From contig OZ251222.1 of assembly GCA_965240325.2 (NCBI GenBank), positions 1,736,001-1,800,000 on the forward strand: a stretch of 64,000 bases of DNA, written 5' to 3'. Source of the stretch: Rebecca billardiae RCC1528 (lineage: Eukaryota > Protista > Haptophyta). A program made the translations under genes and the position numbers. A model generated the notes under the pieces. That model had not been told where the DNA came from and did no database searches. It saw nothing but the letters and a program-made list of their open reading frames with translations. Positions 12,128-24,154 of the stretch are shown here, one piece after another (the stretch's first letter is position 1; every line of letters begins with the position of its first letter).

Positions 12128-14179
12128 TCACGCCCCGTCGCCTGAGCCCGACGCCTCGGTCGCCGCTGCCGCGCCGCTGCCGTCCTTGGGCTTCATCGCC
12201 GGAAAGAGCAGGACCTGCTCCGGCCGCGCGCGCACGCGGGGGGGGGGGACGTGTTGGCGCGAACGCCACACACGTTACGCGCGCGTGCGCGAGCGCGCGG
12301 TGCGCGCACCTCCTTGATGTTCATGGAGTCTGTGAGCATCATGCACAGCCGGTCGATGCCCATGCCCCAGCCCGCGGTGGGCGGCAGCCCGTACTCGAGC
12401 GCCGTGACGAACTCGTCGTCCTTCGACATCGCCTCGTCGTCTAGCCCCTTCTGCGCCATCTGCTCGTCGAACCGCTCCTTCTGCACGACCGGGTCGTTGA
12501 GCTCGGTGTACGCGTTACACAGCTCCTTGGTGTTCACAAACAGCTCGAAGCGCTCGGTGAGGTTGGCGTCGTCGCGGTGGTGCTTGGCGAGCGGGCTCAT
12601 GATGACCGGGTGGTCGGTGATGAACGTCGGGTTGATGCACTCGACCTCGAGCAGCTCGCCGACCAGCTTGTCGAGCAGCTTGGCCGTCGTCGGCTGGTCC
12701 GCCTCGATGTTGAACTTCTGCTCCGCCCCGAGCGCGCGCGCGCCGCGTGCGGGCCGGGCGGACGAGGCCGCACGCGTGAGCGGGGCGCGGCGACGCGACG
12801 GGTCGCGTCGGCGCCGTCGCGGGCGCGACGGCGCGTCCCGCCGCCGCGCGCCCCGCCTGCGCGCCTACCCGCCGACCCGCCGAGGCGCGCGCACACACTC
12901 CCAACGCGCGCCCGCCACCTGACGCGCGCGCGCACACCTTGCACTGCTCCGCGAGGAACGCGTGCGCGCCCGGCTGGCCGAGGTCCGCCGGGAACTTGAC
13001 GCCCAGCTTCTCCTCGAGCGACTTGATCATGGGCAGCCGCCTGAACGGCGGGGTGAAGTCGATCTCGACGGCGCGGCCGCTCTTGTCGCCGTCGGGGTGG
13101 ATCGCGATCTTGTACGAGCCCGTCAGCTCCTTCACCATCGACGAGAGCAGCTCCTCCGTGAAGGCCATCAGGTCGTGATAGTCGGCGTACGCCCAGTAGA
13201 ACTCGCACGAGGTGAACTCCGGGTTGTGCGTCATGTCGATGCCCTCGTTGCGGAAGAGGCGGCCGATCTCGTACACGCGGTCGAGGCCACCGACCACGAG
13301 CATCTTGAGGAAGAGCTCGGGCGCTATCCGCATGTACAGCTTGCGCTGCAGCTCGTTGTGGTACGACTCAAACGGGCGCGCGGTCGCGCCGCCCGGCAGC
13401 AGGTTGAGCACGGGCGTCTCGACTTCGATGAAGTGGTGCATGTCGAGGAAGCGGCGGAGGAAGTTGATGGCGCGCGTGCGCATGAGGAAGATGTCGCGCA
13501 CGGGGCGGTTCACGATCAGGTCGAGGTAGCGCTGGCGGTACCGCACCTCCTTGTCCGTGATCTCGCGCTTGGGCAGCTGGTGCAGGCACGGCGAGAGCAT
13601 CTGCACGGTCGTCGGCAGGATCGACAGCTCGCCCTTCTTCGACTTGCCCGGCCGGCCGCGCACGCCGATGACGTCGCCGCGCTTGATGTTGAGCATGTCG
13701 GCGGTGAAGTCGGGCCCGGTGTAGATCGACGCGTCCGCGAGCACCTGCACCTTCAGCCCGTCCGCCACCAGGTCGAAGAAGACGAGCTTGGCGCCGGACT
13801 CGCGCTTGAGCATCACGCGCCCAGCGATCGCCGCCTCCGTCTCGAGCCGCTCGCCGGCGGCGAGGCCGCTGAACTCCTTGATGTACGCGGCGTGCGTGTG
13901 CGTCGTGTGGAACTTGTGCGGGTACGGCGTCAGGTCCGCCGCCTTGCGCGAGCGGATCCACGCCTCGCGCATCTCCTTGTACTTGGTCGAGTCCATCTCG
14001 TCATCGTCCGCGGCCGCGGCCTTGGGCTTGGCGGCGGGCTGCGCGGCCGCCTCGGCGGCCTTGGCCGCCGCCTTCTCCGCGGCCTTCTTCGCCTTCTCCG
14101 CCTCCTTCGCCAGCCGCTTCTGCTGCGACTTGCTCATCTGGCCCTCCGCGGGCTGATCAGCGCCATCGTCGTTCGCCAT
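12128..14179 (-). CDS. KARS: Lysyl-tRNA synthetase (class II, cytosolic type); exons 14179-12938, 12717-12310, 12214-12128
   Basis: PYPHKF, OB anticodon domain, [72 protein letters not shown] across the last intron. Confidence 0.97.
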
Positions 14180-14299
14180 TTTTCGCGCGCTCGCGGCCGC
14201 GCTCGCGCGGCCGCGTGGCACCGTGTCCGGGCGTCCCACGCCCGCCCACCGGACCGTGTGTGCAGGTGGTGACTGGTGACTGTTTCAGCACTCGCGGCG

Positions 14300-15817
14300 A
14301 TGGCGGAGCTCGAGGGCGCAGCCCACGAGCCGCCGGCGCCGCCCGCGCCAGCGCGCGCCGACGCGGGTGGGGAGCCCGCGAGGCTCGTGCCGCCCGGACG
14401 CGATGCAGACGGAGGCATGGGCACGCGCTCGACGGGCCTCGAGGGCAACAAGCCGTACTCGCAGCACTTTGACCGGCTGCGCGGGCACACGCCGCCGCCG
14501 CCGCCGCACGCAGACCCGAGCCGCACGCCCTCGCATGCCGACCCTCACCAGCCGTGCCGCACGCGCTCGGAGCTCCTGTCGATGCGCAAGCAGCTGTACA
14601 TCGACGCCAACGAGGAGCGCAAGCGCGCGCACGAGGAGGCCAACCCCGTCTGGGCGGCGACGCTCTCGGCCGAGCCCGGCCCGCCGAAGCCGACCTACAA
14701 CCGCACGCGCTCAGAGATGCGCGCCGAGCGGCGGCGGGACAAGGTCGCGACCGCGGTGCTCTCGTCCGGCGAGGGGATCCTCGACCGGGACAAGAACATC
14801 ATGCTGAACGCCGACCCGAACGCCGTCGTCACCACCATCAGCCGGCCGCAGGCCTACGGCGCGCAGCTGCCGCTCACGTACGTGCCACAGCCGGCGGTGC
14901 CGACGCGCTCCGCGCTGCTGGAGCAGCGGCGGCACGAGCTCGTGCGCGAGAACGCGCGCACGATGAAGTCGATCGGCGACGAGGGCTACCGCTCCTTCTA
15001 CCAGCGCGTCTCCGACCGCCTCGACTCGTCGCTCAAGCAGTACTACGACTCGCAGGAGACGAGCGGCGCCAAGCTCACACGCGGCCAGCTGATGGAGCAG
15101 CGCAAGGCGGACTTCATCGCGGAGAACGACGAGTTCGTCGAGCGGCACCGGCAGGGGCTCGTGCGCGAGCCGAACTACGCCGACCAGGCCGAGCCGTTCT
15201 GGACGCTCGGCCGCGAGGTGCCGCACCCCGCGATCACCTCGCAGCACGAGCTCAAGGAGAAGATTGAGTGGTACCGCAAGCCAGAGGTCTTTTTGCCCGG
15301 CCGCTCGCCGCGCGAGAAGGACCCGTTCAAGGCGGGCGAGGGGACGAGGCTGTCGGACAAGCTGAGCGCCGGGCCGAAGAAGCACCAGCGCGGCTACCCG
15401 CACGACAGCCGCCAGCTCACCGGCGAGATCCCGTGGCTGCCCGCGCCCGAGCCGAGCGCGCTCGTGACCGAGCACAAGGCGTCCGTCAAGGAGACGCTCC
15501 GCTTCCTCGACTTCAAGCTCAAGTCGGAGAAGGAGCCGGTGGCGGGCGTGGACATGGCGATGGAGCTGCCCATGTACTCGTCCTTCACGCGCGACGGCGT
15601 CTTCCGCGAGCCGCCGCGCGCGCCGCGGCACATCCCTGTGCAGCAATCCTCGCAGCCCAACACGCCCGCCTCGCGCAGCTTCAACTCGGGCGGCTCCCAG
15701 GGCGGCGGTCCGCCGCGCTCGCCGATGCTCATGACCACGCTCACGCCGGCGAAGCCAGGGACATCGGCGTCCGTGCGCAGTGGCGGGTTCCAGGTGATCG
15801 ACACGCTGCGGGGATGA
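14300..15817 (+). CDS. Hypothetical protein with four TRSELL-like repeats
   Basis: Long ORF with GC3-biased codons; head-to-head with LysRS (~120 bp between ATGs). Confidence 0.75.
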   Translation: MAELEGAAHEPPAPPAPARADAGGEPARLVPPGRDADGGMGTRSTGLEGNKPYSQHFDRLRGHTPPPPPHADPSRTPSHADPHQPCRTRSELLSMRKQLYIDANEERKRAHEEANPVWAATLSAEPGPPKPTYNRTRSEMRAERRRDKVATAVLSSGEGILDRDKNIMLNADPNAVVTTISRPQAYGAQLPLTYVPQPAVPTRSALLEQRRHELVRENARTMKSIGDEGYRSFYQRVSDRLDSSLKQYYDSQETSGAKLTRGQLMEQRKADFIAENDEFVERHRQGLVREPNYADQAEPFWTLGREVPHPAITSQHELKEKIEWYRKPEVFLPGRSPREKDPFKAGEGTRLSDKLSAGPKKHQRGYPHDSRQLTGEIPWLPAPEPSALVTEHKASVKETLRFLDFKLKSEKEPVAGVDMAMELPMYSSFTRDGVFREPPRAPRHIPVQQSSQPNTPASRSFNSGGSQGGGPPRSPMLMTTLTPAKPGTSASVRSGGFQVIDTLRG

Positions 15818-16463
15818 GGGCAGTGGCGCGTCACCAAGGGCCGATTCGGAATCGGATCATCAGCGATCGGATCTGACAGCGTAATTCGATGCAGCCGATG
15901 CGGTCGCAGCGGACCACATGGATGGCAGCCGTGCGCTGTCCCCGAGCTGCCAGAGTCTGCCAGCGAGCGCGGTCTGTCAGACTGACTGCGACTGACTCAC
16001 TGCTGAGTTCAATAAGGCTATATGCCTATGGACTAGTTATACTGAGTTCCGGCGGCAACTACTCGGTCGCGCAGCCCGCTCACGGCTAGTAAGTCCCGGA
16101 TCCGGTCGGACGATAAACTGAATCGGGCCACCGCGGATCACCGATCAGAAGACTGAGACTGCTGCTAATCAGAATAACTACTACGCGGTATGCCGAATCG
16201 TCCGATCGATCTGACGATATATCACGAAGCCTCGTCGATCCGCGCACCGAGTGCCGACGGGCGATCAATCTTATTATAATGATTCTTAGAAGCGCTGCCA
16301 GGCTCATCTAAATCAGACAGATCCGAGTCAGTGCCGCATCACGGGCAGCAACGGGGCGTCAGGGCCCAGCTTATTTACGACACTGTGACTCATCGAATTC
16401 AGCAGACGCGGACGCGGGCATCGACACGGGTCGATCGACGATCACCCACGACTCAAGAGGCTA

Positions 16464-17429
16464 CTACCAGCCGTTGTATGGGCCTGGCGGCTCCACCGGG
16501 ATCGGGATGGGCACCGGCACTGGGCGCGTTGCCGGGGCGAATGCCCCATTGCGGCAGCACACCTTCGCGAAGAGCAGGTCGCAGCAGAAGAGCGGGTAGT
16601 CGCAGTCGTAGCTCGTCTCGCAGAACTCAATGTTGCTGCCGACGCCCTTGGATGCGGGCGGGGGCGCGCGCTTGCCGTCTGCGGGCTGCTTGGTCGCCTC
16701 CGCCTCGCTCGCCTCCAGCACGTGCGGCACGGGCATGACGAGCGCCTGGCCGAGGGGGCCGCCGATCATGCCCTGCACGGGTCGGCCGATCCCCACCGGG
16801 CTGATCAGCTGCAGGTACGGCTGGCGCACCTCGCGGCCGTTCACAATCACGTTCTTGAGCGCGTGCCGTCGCACGAGCCCCTTGTCCGAAAGCGTGTACT
16901 CCGAGATGCCGTCGATGAAGTAGGTGCGGCTGGGGTTGACGAAGGTGGAGAACGCAACGTTCCAGCGCGTGCGCACGAGCCGCGGGTCCCAGCCCGAGTA
17001 GCACACCTTGCACTTCACCTCGACGGACGCCATCGTGTGGCGCATCCAGCGCAGCAGGCTGAAACATTTGCTGTAGATGGACAGGCCGCGCAGCGACAGG
17101 CCGGACGGGTCCGTGAGCTCGATGTTGGGCTCGTAGATGCTCAGATCGGGCGCTTGTTCGAAGAACAAAGGGTAATCGGCCTGCAGCGTGTCGATCACCT
17201 TGCCGACGTTCAGCCTGAACTCCTGCTGCCGCTTGCGCTCCTCGTCGTCGCCGCCCGGACCAGGCAGCGCGCCGCCGGGGTATGGGCCGCTCGATGCCGA
17301 CGCCGTCGGCACGGCTGACGAAGGTACTGGTGTGGCGCGCAGCACGTACGGCGTGGCCGGCCGCGTCGGCACCAGCCGGTCCACCACGCCGACCGACGCC
17401 AGCACAACGCAAAGGCCTGCGCGGAGCAT
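16464..17429 (-). CDS. DUF2358 (SnoaL/NTF2-like) protein with targeting leader and Cys-rich tail
   Basis: NVGKVIDTLQADYPLFFEQAPDLSIYEPNIELTDP...TRW...DGISEY..GLVRRH; leader MLRAGLCVVLA. Confidence 0.8.
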   Translation of the reverse strand: MLRAGLCVVLASVGVVDRLVPTRPATPYVLRATPVPSSAVPTASASSGPYPGGALPGPGGDDEERKRQQEFRLNVGKVIDTLQADYPLFFEQAPDLSIYEPNIELTDPSGLSLRGLSIYSKCFSLLRWMRHTMASVEVKCKVCYSGWDPRLVRTRWNVAFSTFVNPSRTYFIDGISEYTLSDKGLVRRHALKNVIVNGREVRQPYLQLISPVGIGRPVQGMIGGPLGQALVMPVPHVLEASEAEATKQPADGKRAPPPASKGVGSNIEFCETSYDCDYPLFCCDLLFAKVCCRNGAFAPATRPVPVPIPIPVEPPGPYNGW

Positions 17430-17670
17430 CCTGACTGCGTGCAAGGCAAGGCGGCAGCTGCCACACCCGGCAAGAATAATGTTGCGAAGATGCTCGAGAG
17501 ACTTCGTCGCGAACTGCTGACCAGAACGAGAATCCGCGGGAAATCTTGCTGCTTGTTTCGTCAAGACAAAAAGAAGCTCGATGGCGCGGCGGAGGCGGCC
17601 GTGATCGGCATCCGCCCGTTTGTCTTTTTTCCAGTCGCGAGGTCGCGCATCTTCTGGACTGCGATTGGCG

Positions 17671-18519
17671 ATGGCGGCCGTCGGCTGCAGTGCATTGTTC
17701 GCATGCGCATACATCCTGCACGCGGCCGCTGCCGCGGCGGTTACGAGCGCCGGCCCGGCGAAGGCTTCGCTGCTCACGCGCATCGCAGACACTAATCGAG
17801 GCCTCGCCGCCGACGAGCGCTGCCGGGTGGACGTTTCCCAGCTGATCGACGAGCTTGTGGCGGCTCGAGAGCAGAGCCCGCTAGATGAGCCCGGCGCCCT
17901 GTCCGGCCGCTGGCGGCTCGTCTACACGGACTCAATGGCTGCCCTCGGAGCGAACAAGCCCATATGGCGCCGCCCGTGGGGCGACGTGCACCAGTGCGTC
18001 GATTTCAGCGCCGAGCCCTTCCTGCTGCAGAACCAGGAGGGGCCACCGCTCTTCACGACCGCGACCGCGCAGCTGCGGCGAGCGTCGGCAGAGTCGGCTG
18101 AGATGGAGGCCACCTTCGTCGAGATCAAGGCCTGCGGCATCTTTGAACTCCCCATCCCCGGCGACGGCCGCTATGGCACTGTCGAGTTCGCGTACGTGGA
18201 TGACGACCTGCTCATCTCGCGCGGCAACCGCGGGCACGTGTTCGTTCTTACTCGCACCGATGCGGCTGCCAGGCTGCCCCGCATCCGTCGAGACGGCGTC
18301 GGCTACTACGCCGGGCAGCGGTACTTCCGCGGCATGTTTGAGCGAGAGCTCGTGCCCACCACAGCCGACACCCTTAGTACCAGCGAGCGCGCTTGGCAGG
18401 CGACGGAGCGCGACAACCTGACGCCGAACCTGAAGGCAGCTGCGATGGCGACACTCAGCACAGCCGTGCTCACGGCGAGCTTTCTCGGCGCGAACGGACT
18501 GCTCCCCTTCCAGTCGTGA
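17671..18519 (+). CDS. PAP/fibrillin (plastid lipid-associated) family protein
   Basis: TNRGL..V.QLIDEL, LSGRWRLVYT, YVDDDLLISRGNRGHVFVL; N-terminal signal. Confidence 0.85.
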   Translation: MAAVGCSALFACAYILHAAAAAAVTSAGPAKASLLTRIADTNRGLAADERCRVDVSQLIDELVAAREQSPLDEPGALSGRWRLVYTDSMAALGANKPIWRRPWGDVHQCVDFSAEPFLLQNQEGPPLFTTATAQLRRASAESAEMEATFVEIKACGIFELPIPGDGRYGTVEFAYVDDDLLISRGNRGHVFVLTRTDAAARLPRIRRDGVGYYAGQRYFRGMFERELVPTTADTLSTSERAWQATERDNLTPNLKAAAMATLSTAVLTASFLGANGLLPFQS

Positions 18520-18846
18520 GGAACGCCGTACCACGACTGCCACAAGCTGTTGGCGCAGATGCGTGTCGTCGTCGGCATCGGGCGCCTTCGTCATATTGCA
18601 GCATCGGTATCTTCAGTCGTTATTCATTACGACATTACGCGCGCGAACTCACTCACTCGGCGAACTGCGGCGGCGAGCAGAACTCTTTATTCTTTAAGAG
18701 ACGACAGAGTCATGCAGTCAGCAGAGTATAACGCCGACGATGACGACTGCTGACAATGACAGTAGTCAGTCAGCAAGTGTACTCAGCAGAATGGCGTGCC
18801 GTGCCAATCTGACGACAGCCCTGTATCCGACGGCCACAGATCGAGA

Positions 18847-21800
18847 TCAAAGCCGATGATGATGATGCGTCGGATCCCACTGTTGGCGAGCAGACTCCGA
18901 CGAGGATGACTGATGCGGCGATGCCGCAAAGGCGGCCATCGCCTCATCAGCCGACGGCCCACCGGCCTCGCCTGGACCGCAGCCAGCGAGCGAGGGCGCC
19001 GCGTGGCACAGCACGCTGACGTCCACGCCATGCGAGCACGCGAGGCATTCCGCGGTGAGGGCAAGGCAGCACGCGCGCTTGGCGGCGACAGCCTCGCCGC
19101 CCAGCACGGCCGTCGGCAGCGCCCCCGGGTGGTGGCTGTCAGGCTTGGGCACGGTCGGAGGCATGCCATCCGTGGCGCCGCTGTGGGCGCGCCACGGCTG
19201 GATGACCGACGCGCTCACGACCGCGGCCGCGAGCAGCACCGCCGCGACGATGAACACGCCCACGGCCGTCGACGTGCGGCACCCGAGCTGCCCGCGCGCG
19301 CCGCCGACCGGCCACGAGCGAGTACGCAGCACGCGCGTCCCGCCGAACGCGCTGCGCTGCGCCTCCTCGCTCCGCTGCGCAGCGTGCGCCGCGCGGCGCA
19401 CGCCGCCGAGGAGCTCGGTGTCGGAGGCGCACGCGTCGGCCTCGGAGACGTCGGAGAGGGTGGTCTCGTCACGCCAGGCCACGGCGCCGCGCTGCCCGAC
19501 CGCGCGCTGACCGCCGCGCCCGCCCCCGAGCGAGCGCGCGCCGCCCGCCGCCGCGCCGCTGCCGCCACTCCCGCTCCGCTGACGGCTGACGCCGGCGAGC
19601 GGGTGGCCAGCCGCGTGCTCGCCACCGACGGTCTCCCGCAGGCGCAGGATGGTGTGCTCGTACCGCTTGAGCAGCAGCGACGAGCACACCACCGAGACCG
19701 ACGACGCCGCCATCGCCAGCCCGGCGAACATCGGCGGCAGCCGTAGCATGAACGCCGGATAAAAGACGCCCGCCGCAAGCGGAATCCCAACCAGGTTGTA
19801 GCCCATGGCCCAGCCGAAGTTGAGGCGGATCCGGGCGAGCACCGCGCGCGAGAGGAGGACGGAGACGAGCACGTCGGCAAGGGAGGAGCGCACCAGCACG
19901 ATGTCCGCCGCGTCGATCGCCACCTCCGTCCCCGAGCCGATCGCGATCCCCACGTCCGCCTGCGCGAGCGCGGGGGCGTCGTTGATGCCGTCGCCGACCA
20001 TCGCGACGCGCCCGCCGTCCTCCTGGTGCGCGCGCACGGCCATCGCCTTGTGCTTGGGGAGCACCTCGGCGTGGACGAGCGCGGGGTCGATGCCGAGCTC
20101 GCGCGCCACGGCGCGCGCCGTGCGCGCGTTGTCCCCCGTGAGCATGCCCACCGTCAGCCCCGCCTCGCGCAGCGCGCGCAGCACCGCCCACGCCTCACGC
20201 TTGATCTCGTCCTGGACGGCGACGATTGCGGCCGCGGCGCCGTCGACGCAGCAGAGGACGGCGGTCTTGCCGTCGGCCTCGAGCCCGGCCATGCAGTGGT
20301 CGACGGGGGCGGAGAGCGTCACGCCGTGCTCCGCGGCCCACTCGCGGTTGCCCAGCAGCACGCGACGCCCGTCCACCGCGCACGAGACGCCGCGGCCGAC
20401 CGAGGTGGCGTAGTCAGTCGGCGGCCGCAGCGGCAGCGGCGGCGCGCCGTGCGCCGCCGCGTGCGCGCCGCCGAGCGCGACGGCGCGCCCGCTGCCGCTC
20501 TCGGCGGCGGTGCGCAGCGCGAGCGCGATCGGGTGGTCCGAGTGCAGCTCGGCCGAGCCGATCAGCGCCCACAGCGTGCGCGCGTCCAGCTCGGCGCTCG
20601 ACGTGAGCCGTAAGAAGTCGCTCACGATCGGCCGGCCGACCGTGAGAGTGCCTGTCTTATCGAACAGGACGGTGGAGACGGAGCCGCAGGCCTCGAGGGC
20701 CTCGGCGGACTTGATGAGCACGCCGACGCGCGCGCCCACGCCCGTGCCCACCATCACCGCGGTCGGCGTCGCGAGCCCCAGCGCGCACGGGCACGCGATC
20801 ACGAGGACCGCGCAGCCGAACATGAAGGCGAACACACCTTCAGACTCGCGGAGGTGTGCGTGCGCATAGTAGTGCTCCGGCAGCGCGTGCAGCCCGACGG
20901 CGCCGAACCAGGCGGCCCAGGTGAGCACGGCGAGGAGCAGGACGACGGGGACGAACACAGCCGACACCGTGTCGGCGAACGCCTGGATCGGCGGCTTCGA
21001 CAGCTGCGCCGCCGAGACGAGCTGCGCGATCTTTGCGAGCGCGGTGTCGTCGCCCACCGCCTCCACGAGCGCAAAGACGGGCGCAGCGCCCACGTTGATG
21101 GCGCCGCCGACGAGCGCGTCGCCGAGGGCGCGGTGCACCGGCGTGAACTCGCCGGTCATCATCGACTGGTCGAACAGCGAGACCCCCGCGACCACGCGCC
21201 CGTCCGCCGGCGCCGCCGCGCCGGGAAGCACCTTGACAATGTCGCCAGCCTGCAGCAGGGCGACGGCGCACGGCTGCGCGCGCCACTCGGCCGCGCGCGC
21301 GGGCTCGGCGTCGGCGTCGGCGTCGGGCGGCTCGCAGAGCAGCGCGTGCTTGGGCGCGAGCGCGACGAGCGAGCGCAGCGCGTCCGACGTCTGCCGCTTC
21401 GCCGAGCACTCGAGCATCTTGCCGAACGAGACGAACGTAATCAGCATGGCGGACGTCTCGAAGAAGTGGGAGTCGTGCTCGAGCGCTGGCTCGTGCACGC
21501 CGCCGCCGTGCGCGTGCGCCGCCTCGGCGGGGCTGGCGGCGGCGAGCGCGGCGCGGCGCATGGAGGAGAGCACCGCGAGCGCCGAGTACACGTACGCCGA
21601 CGTCGTCGAGAGCGAGACCAGCACGTCCATATTCGCCGCGCCGCGCCGCACCGCCGCGAGCGCGCCCGTGTGAAAGTGCGCGCCGAGGCAGAACTGGACC
21701 GGCGTGGTCAGCACCCAGAGGAGCGTGGCGGTGAGCGTGAGCCCGGGGGCGAGCTCCGCGTGCAGCGCGGCGTGCGCGCCCGGGAGGTACGGCAGCAGCA

Positions 21801-22706
21801 TCGAGAGCGCGAAGATCGGCGCCGAGAGCACGGCGCACAGCGCGAAGCGCCGGCGCCATGTGCGGAGCTCGGAGGACTCCCGCGCGCCGCCTTCTGAAGA
21901 GCCGGCCGCGTCGGCGCCGCCCGGCGCGATCGTCGCGGTGAGCGCCTGCTGCGCCGCCGCCGCGGCGAGCACGGAGCGCAGGCCCGTCGCCTGCTTGTCG
22001 TACGTCAGGCGGATCAGGTGCGTGCGCGCCGCGTCCGCGTCCTCGTCCGCCGCGTGCGCCGCCGGCTCGCGCGCGGCCCCGTCCGTCGCGGCCACCGTGC
22101 GCGACGCGTGCGCCGCCGGGCCGAGCAGCGACACAGGGCAGCAGCACGCGCCGCGCTCGGCGTCGTACGGCGCGTCGGCGTCGGTCGTGGCGAGCCGCGT
22201 GTGCCCCGCGCGGCGCGGCGCGCAGCTGATCGCGTCCGCGGCGCGGTCACACAGCGTCTCCGCGTCGTCGGCGCGCGCGCCGCGCGCGGATGCCGGCTCG
22301 GCGCCGACGACGCCCGGGATGCGCGCGAGCGCGGCGCACGCGGCGCCGAGCTTCACGGGCGGGGCGTCGGGCGCGGGGCGGACGGCGAGCACGACGCTTT
22401 CGTGCGAGGTGCGCACGTGCGCGCACGCGTACCCCGCGCGCTGCACCGCGCGCTCCACGTCCGCCACGCGCGCGCTCTCGGCGTGCGGCGCCCCGGCGAC
22501 GTCAGCAAACGTCACCACCGCCTGCTCAGCGAGTAGCGAGACGCGCGCGCACGCGACAAAGGGCAGGGCCTCGACCGCGCGCTCGACGGCGCCGACGCAC
22601 GCGGCGCACGTCATGCCGGTGACGCTGAAGGTGAGCGGCGCGACGCGCGCGCGCGGCGACGGCTTCGGCACCGGGCTCGGCGCGCTCGCCGCCGGCGGCG
22701 CGCACA

Positions 22707-22738
<32 letters not shown>

Positions 22739-23700
22739 TGGCTGATCGGCATCGAGGCACTGGGCGCGGCCTCGGCCGCGAGCCACGCGGTGAAGCCGAC
22801 GCCCTGCGCGGCGCGCACGAGCGCGTCGACGGGCGCGCTGCCGCGCACGATCGCGGTGCCCCCGCCCTCGAGCGAGACCGTCGCGTCCGCCACGCCCGCC
22901 ACGGCCGCCAGTGCAGACTCGACTCGGCCGGTGCAATGGCCACAGGACATTCCGTCCACGCGCAGGACGCGCGTGGCCTCGGGCGCGCCGAGCGAGGCTT
23001 GGAAGCCGGCGTGCTCGACCGCGGCGACGAGGGCCGCGGGCTCGCCGCCGAGCACCTCGGCTGAGCTCGCCTCGAGCGAGACCGTCGCGTCCGCCACGCC
23101 GTCGACCGCGCGGAGCGCCGCTTCGACGCGCCCCGTGCAGTGGCCGCAGCTCATCCCCGCCACGCGCAGCACGCGCAGCGTGCGCGAGGGCGCGGCCGCC
23201 GGCGGGAGCGCGTCGGGCGGCGGCGGGGTGTCGGGGCCGGATACGCGCACGCGCGCCTCCTTGCCCGCGCGCGCCAACGCCGCGACCAGCGCGTCCGCGT
23301 CGGCCGAGCCGGTGACCATCGCCGTGCCCGCTTCGAGCGACACTCGCACGGCGTCCACGCCCGCGACGCCGCGCAGCGCCTCGTCCACGCCGGCCGAGCA
23401 GTGCGAGCACGTCATGCCGTGCACATCGAGCACAACGCAGCGCGGGGGCGGGCCGCCGGCGCCGGCCGGACCCTCGCTCGAAGGCGGCGCGCCCGCCCCG
23501 AGCTCGGACGCCGCCTTGCCAGCGCTCGCGACCGCCTCGATCAGCGCGCGCACCGCGGCGGTGCCGCCCACGGTGGCCGTGCCGGCGTCGAGGGAGACTG
23601 TCGCTTCTGACACACCCTCGACCGCGCGCAGCGCGTCCTCCACCGCCGCCGTGCAGTGGCTGCACGACATGCCGTCGACGCGGAGGACGACGACGGGCAT
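18847..23700 (-). CDS. Copper-transporting P1B-1 ATPase (CopA/ATP7/HMA5-like) with five HMA domains and a C-terminal extension
   Basis: GMSCSHC, GMTCSHC, GMSCGHC x2, GMTCAAC; TGE; CPCALGLATP; DKTGT; HP; TGDN; GDGINDAPAL; YN and MAASS Cu(I) ligands; single 1617-aa ORF. Confidence 0.95.
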
Positions 23701-23801
23701 GGTGGCTGCCCACTTGCTGGCCGGCGCGCGCCACTTCCTATTTACCGCCGCCCGAGGAAAAGACCGCGCGTCGGGGCTTTTGTGCGCCTTGGCGCCGCTC
23801 G

Positions 23802-23814
23802 CTCTGATTGGCTG
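23802..23814 (-). promoter_or_regulatory. Putative CCAAT box upstream of the Cu-ATPase
   Basis: ctgattggctg (cagccaatcag on minus strand) about 100 bp upstream of the ATG. Confidence 0.3.
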
Positions 23815-23851
23815 CTCAAAGTCGCCACGGCCGTACGCCCGTGGCAGTTTT

Positions 23852-24154
23852 TAAATTCCCCTTTATAACGGGCTCCGGTTTTTTTTATAAATTCCCCTTT
23901 ATAACGGGCTCCGGGTGATCAGACTGGCGGCCGAAGCCTCCAGCCCTACCCTGGCCAGCCCCCAACCAACCACCACCCTCACCCAACCTCAAACCACTGA
24001 CCGAGACACCTAGCGTGCCTTGACACCACTCCACTGCGGACAGCCCGCCTCCAGAGGGGGCCCATTGCCAGCAGCATACAAGCCCAACACCGTGGGGTGG
24101 TCCCAGGTACAAGCAGTGCACTGCCTGATCAGGCTGGCGGCCGAAGCCTCCAGC
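23852..24154 (+). repeat. AT-rich segment with two pairs of direct repeats
   Basis: taaattcccctttataacgggctccgg at ~23852 and ~23888; tgatcag(a/g)ctggcggccgaagcctccagc at ~23916 and ~24126. Confidence 0.75.
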
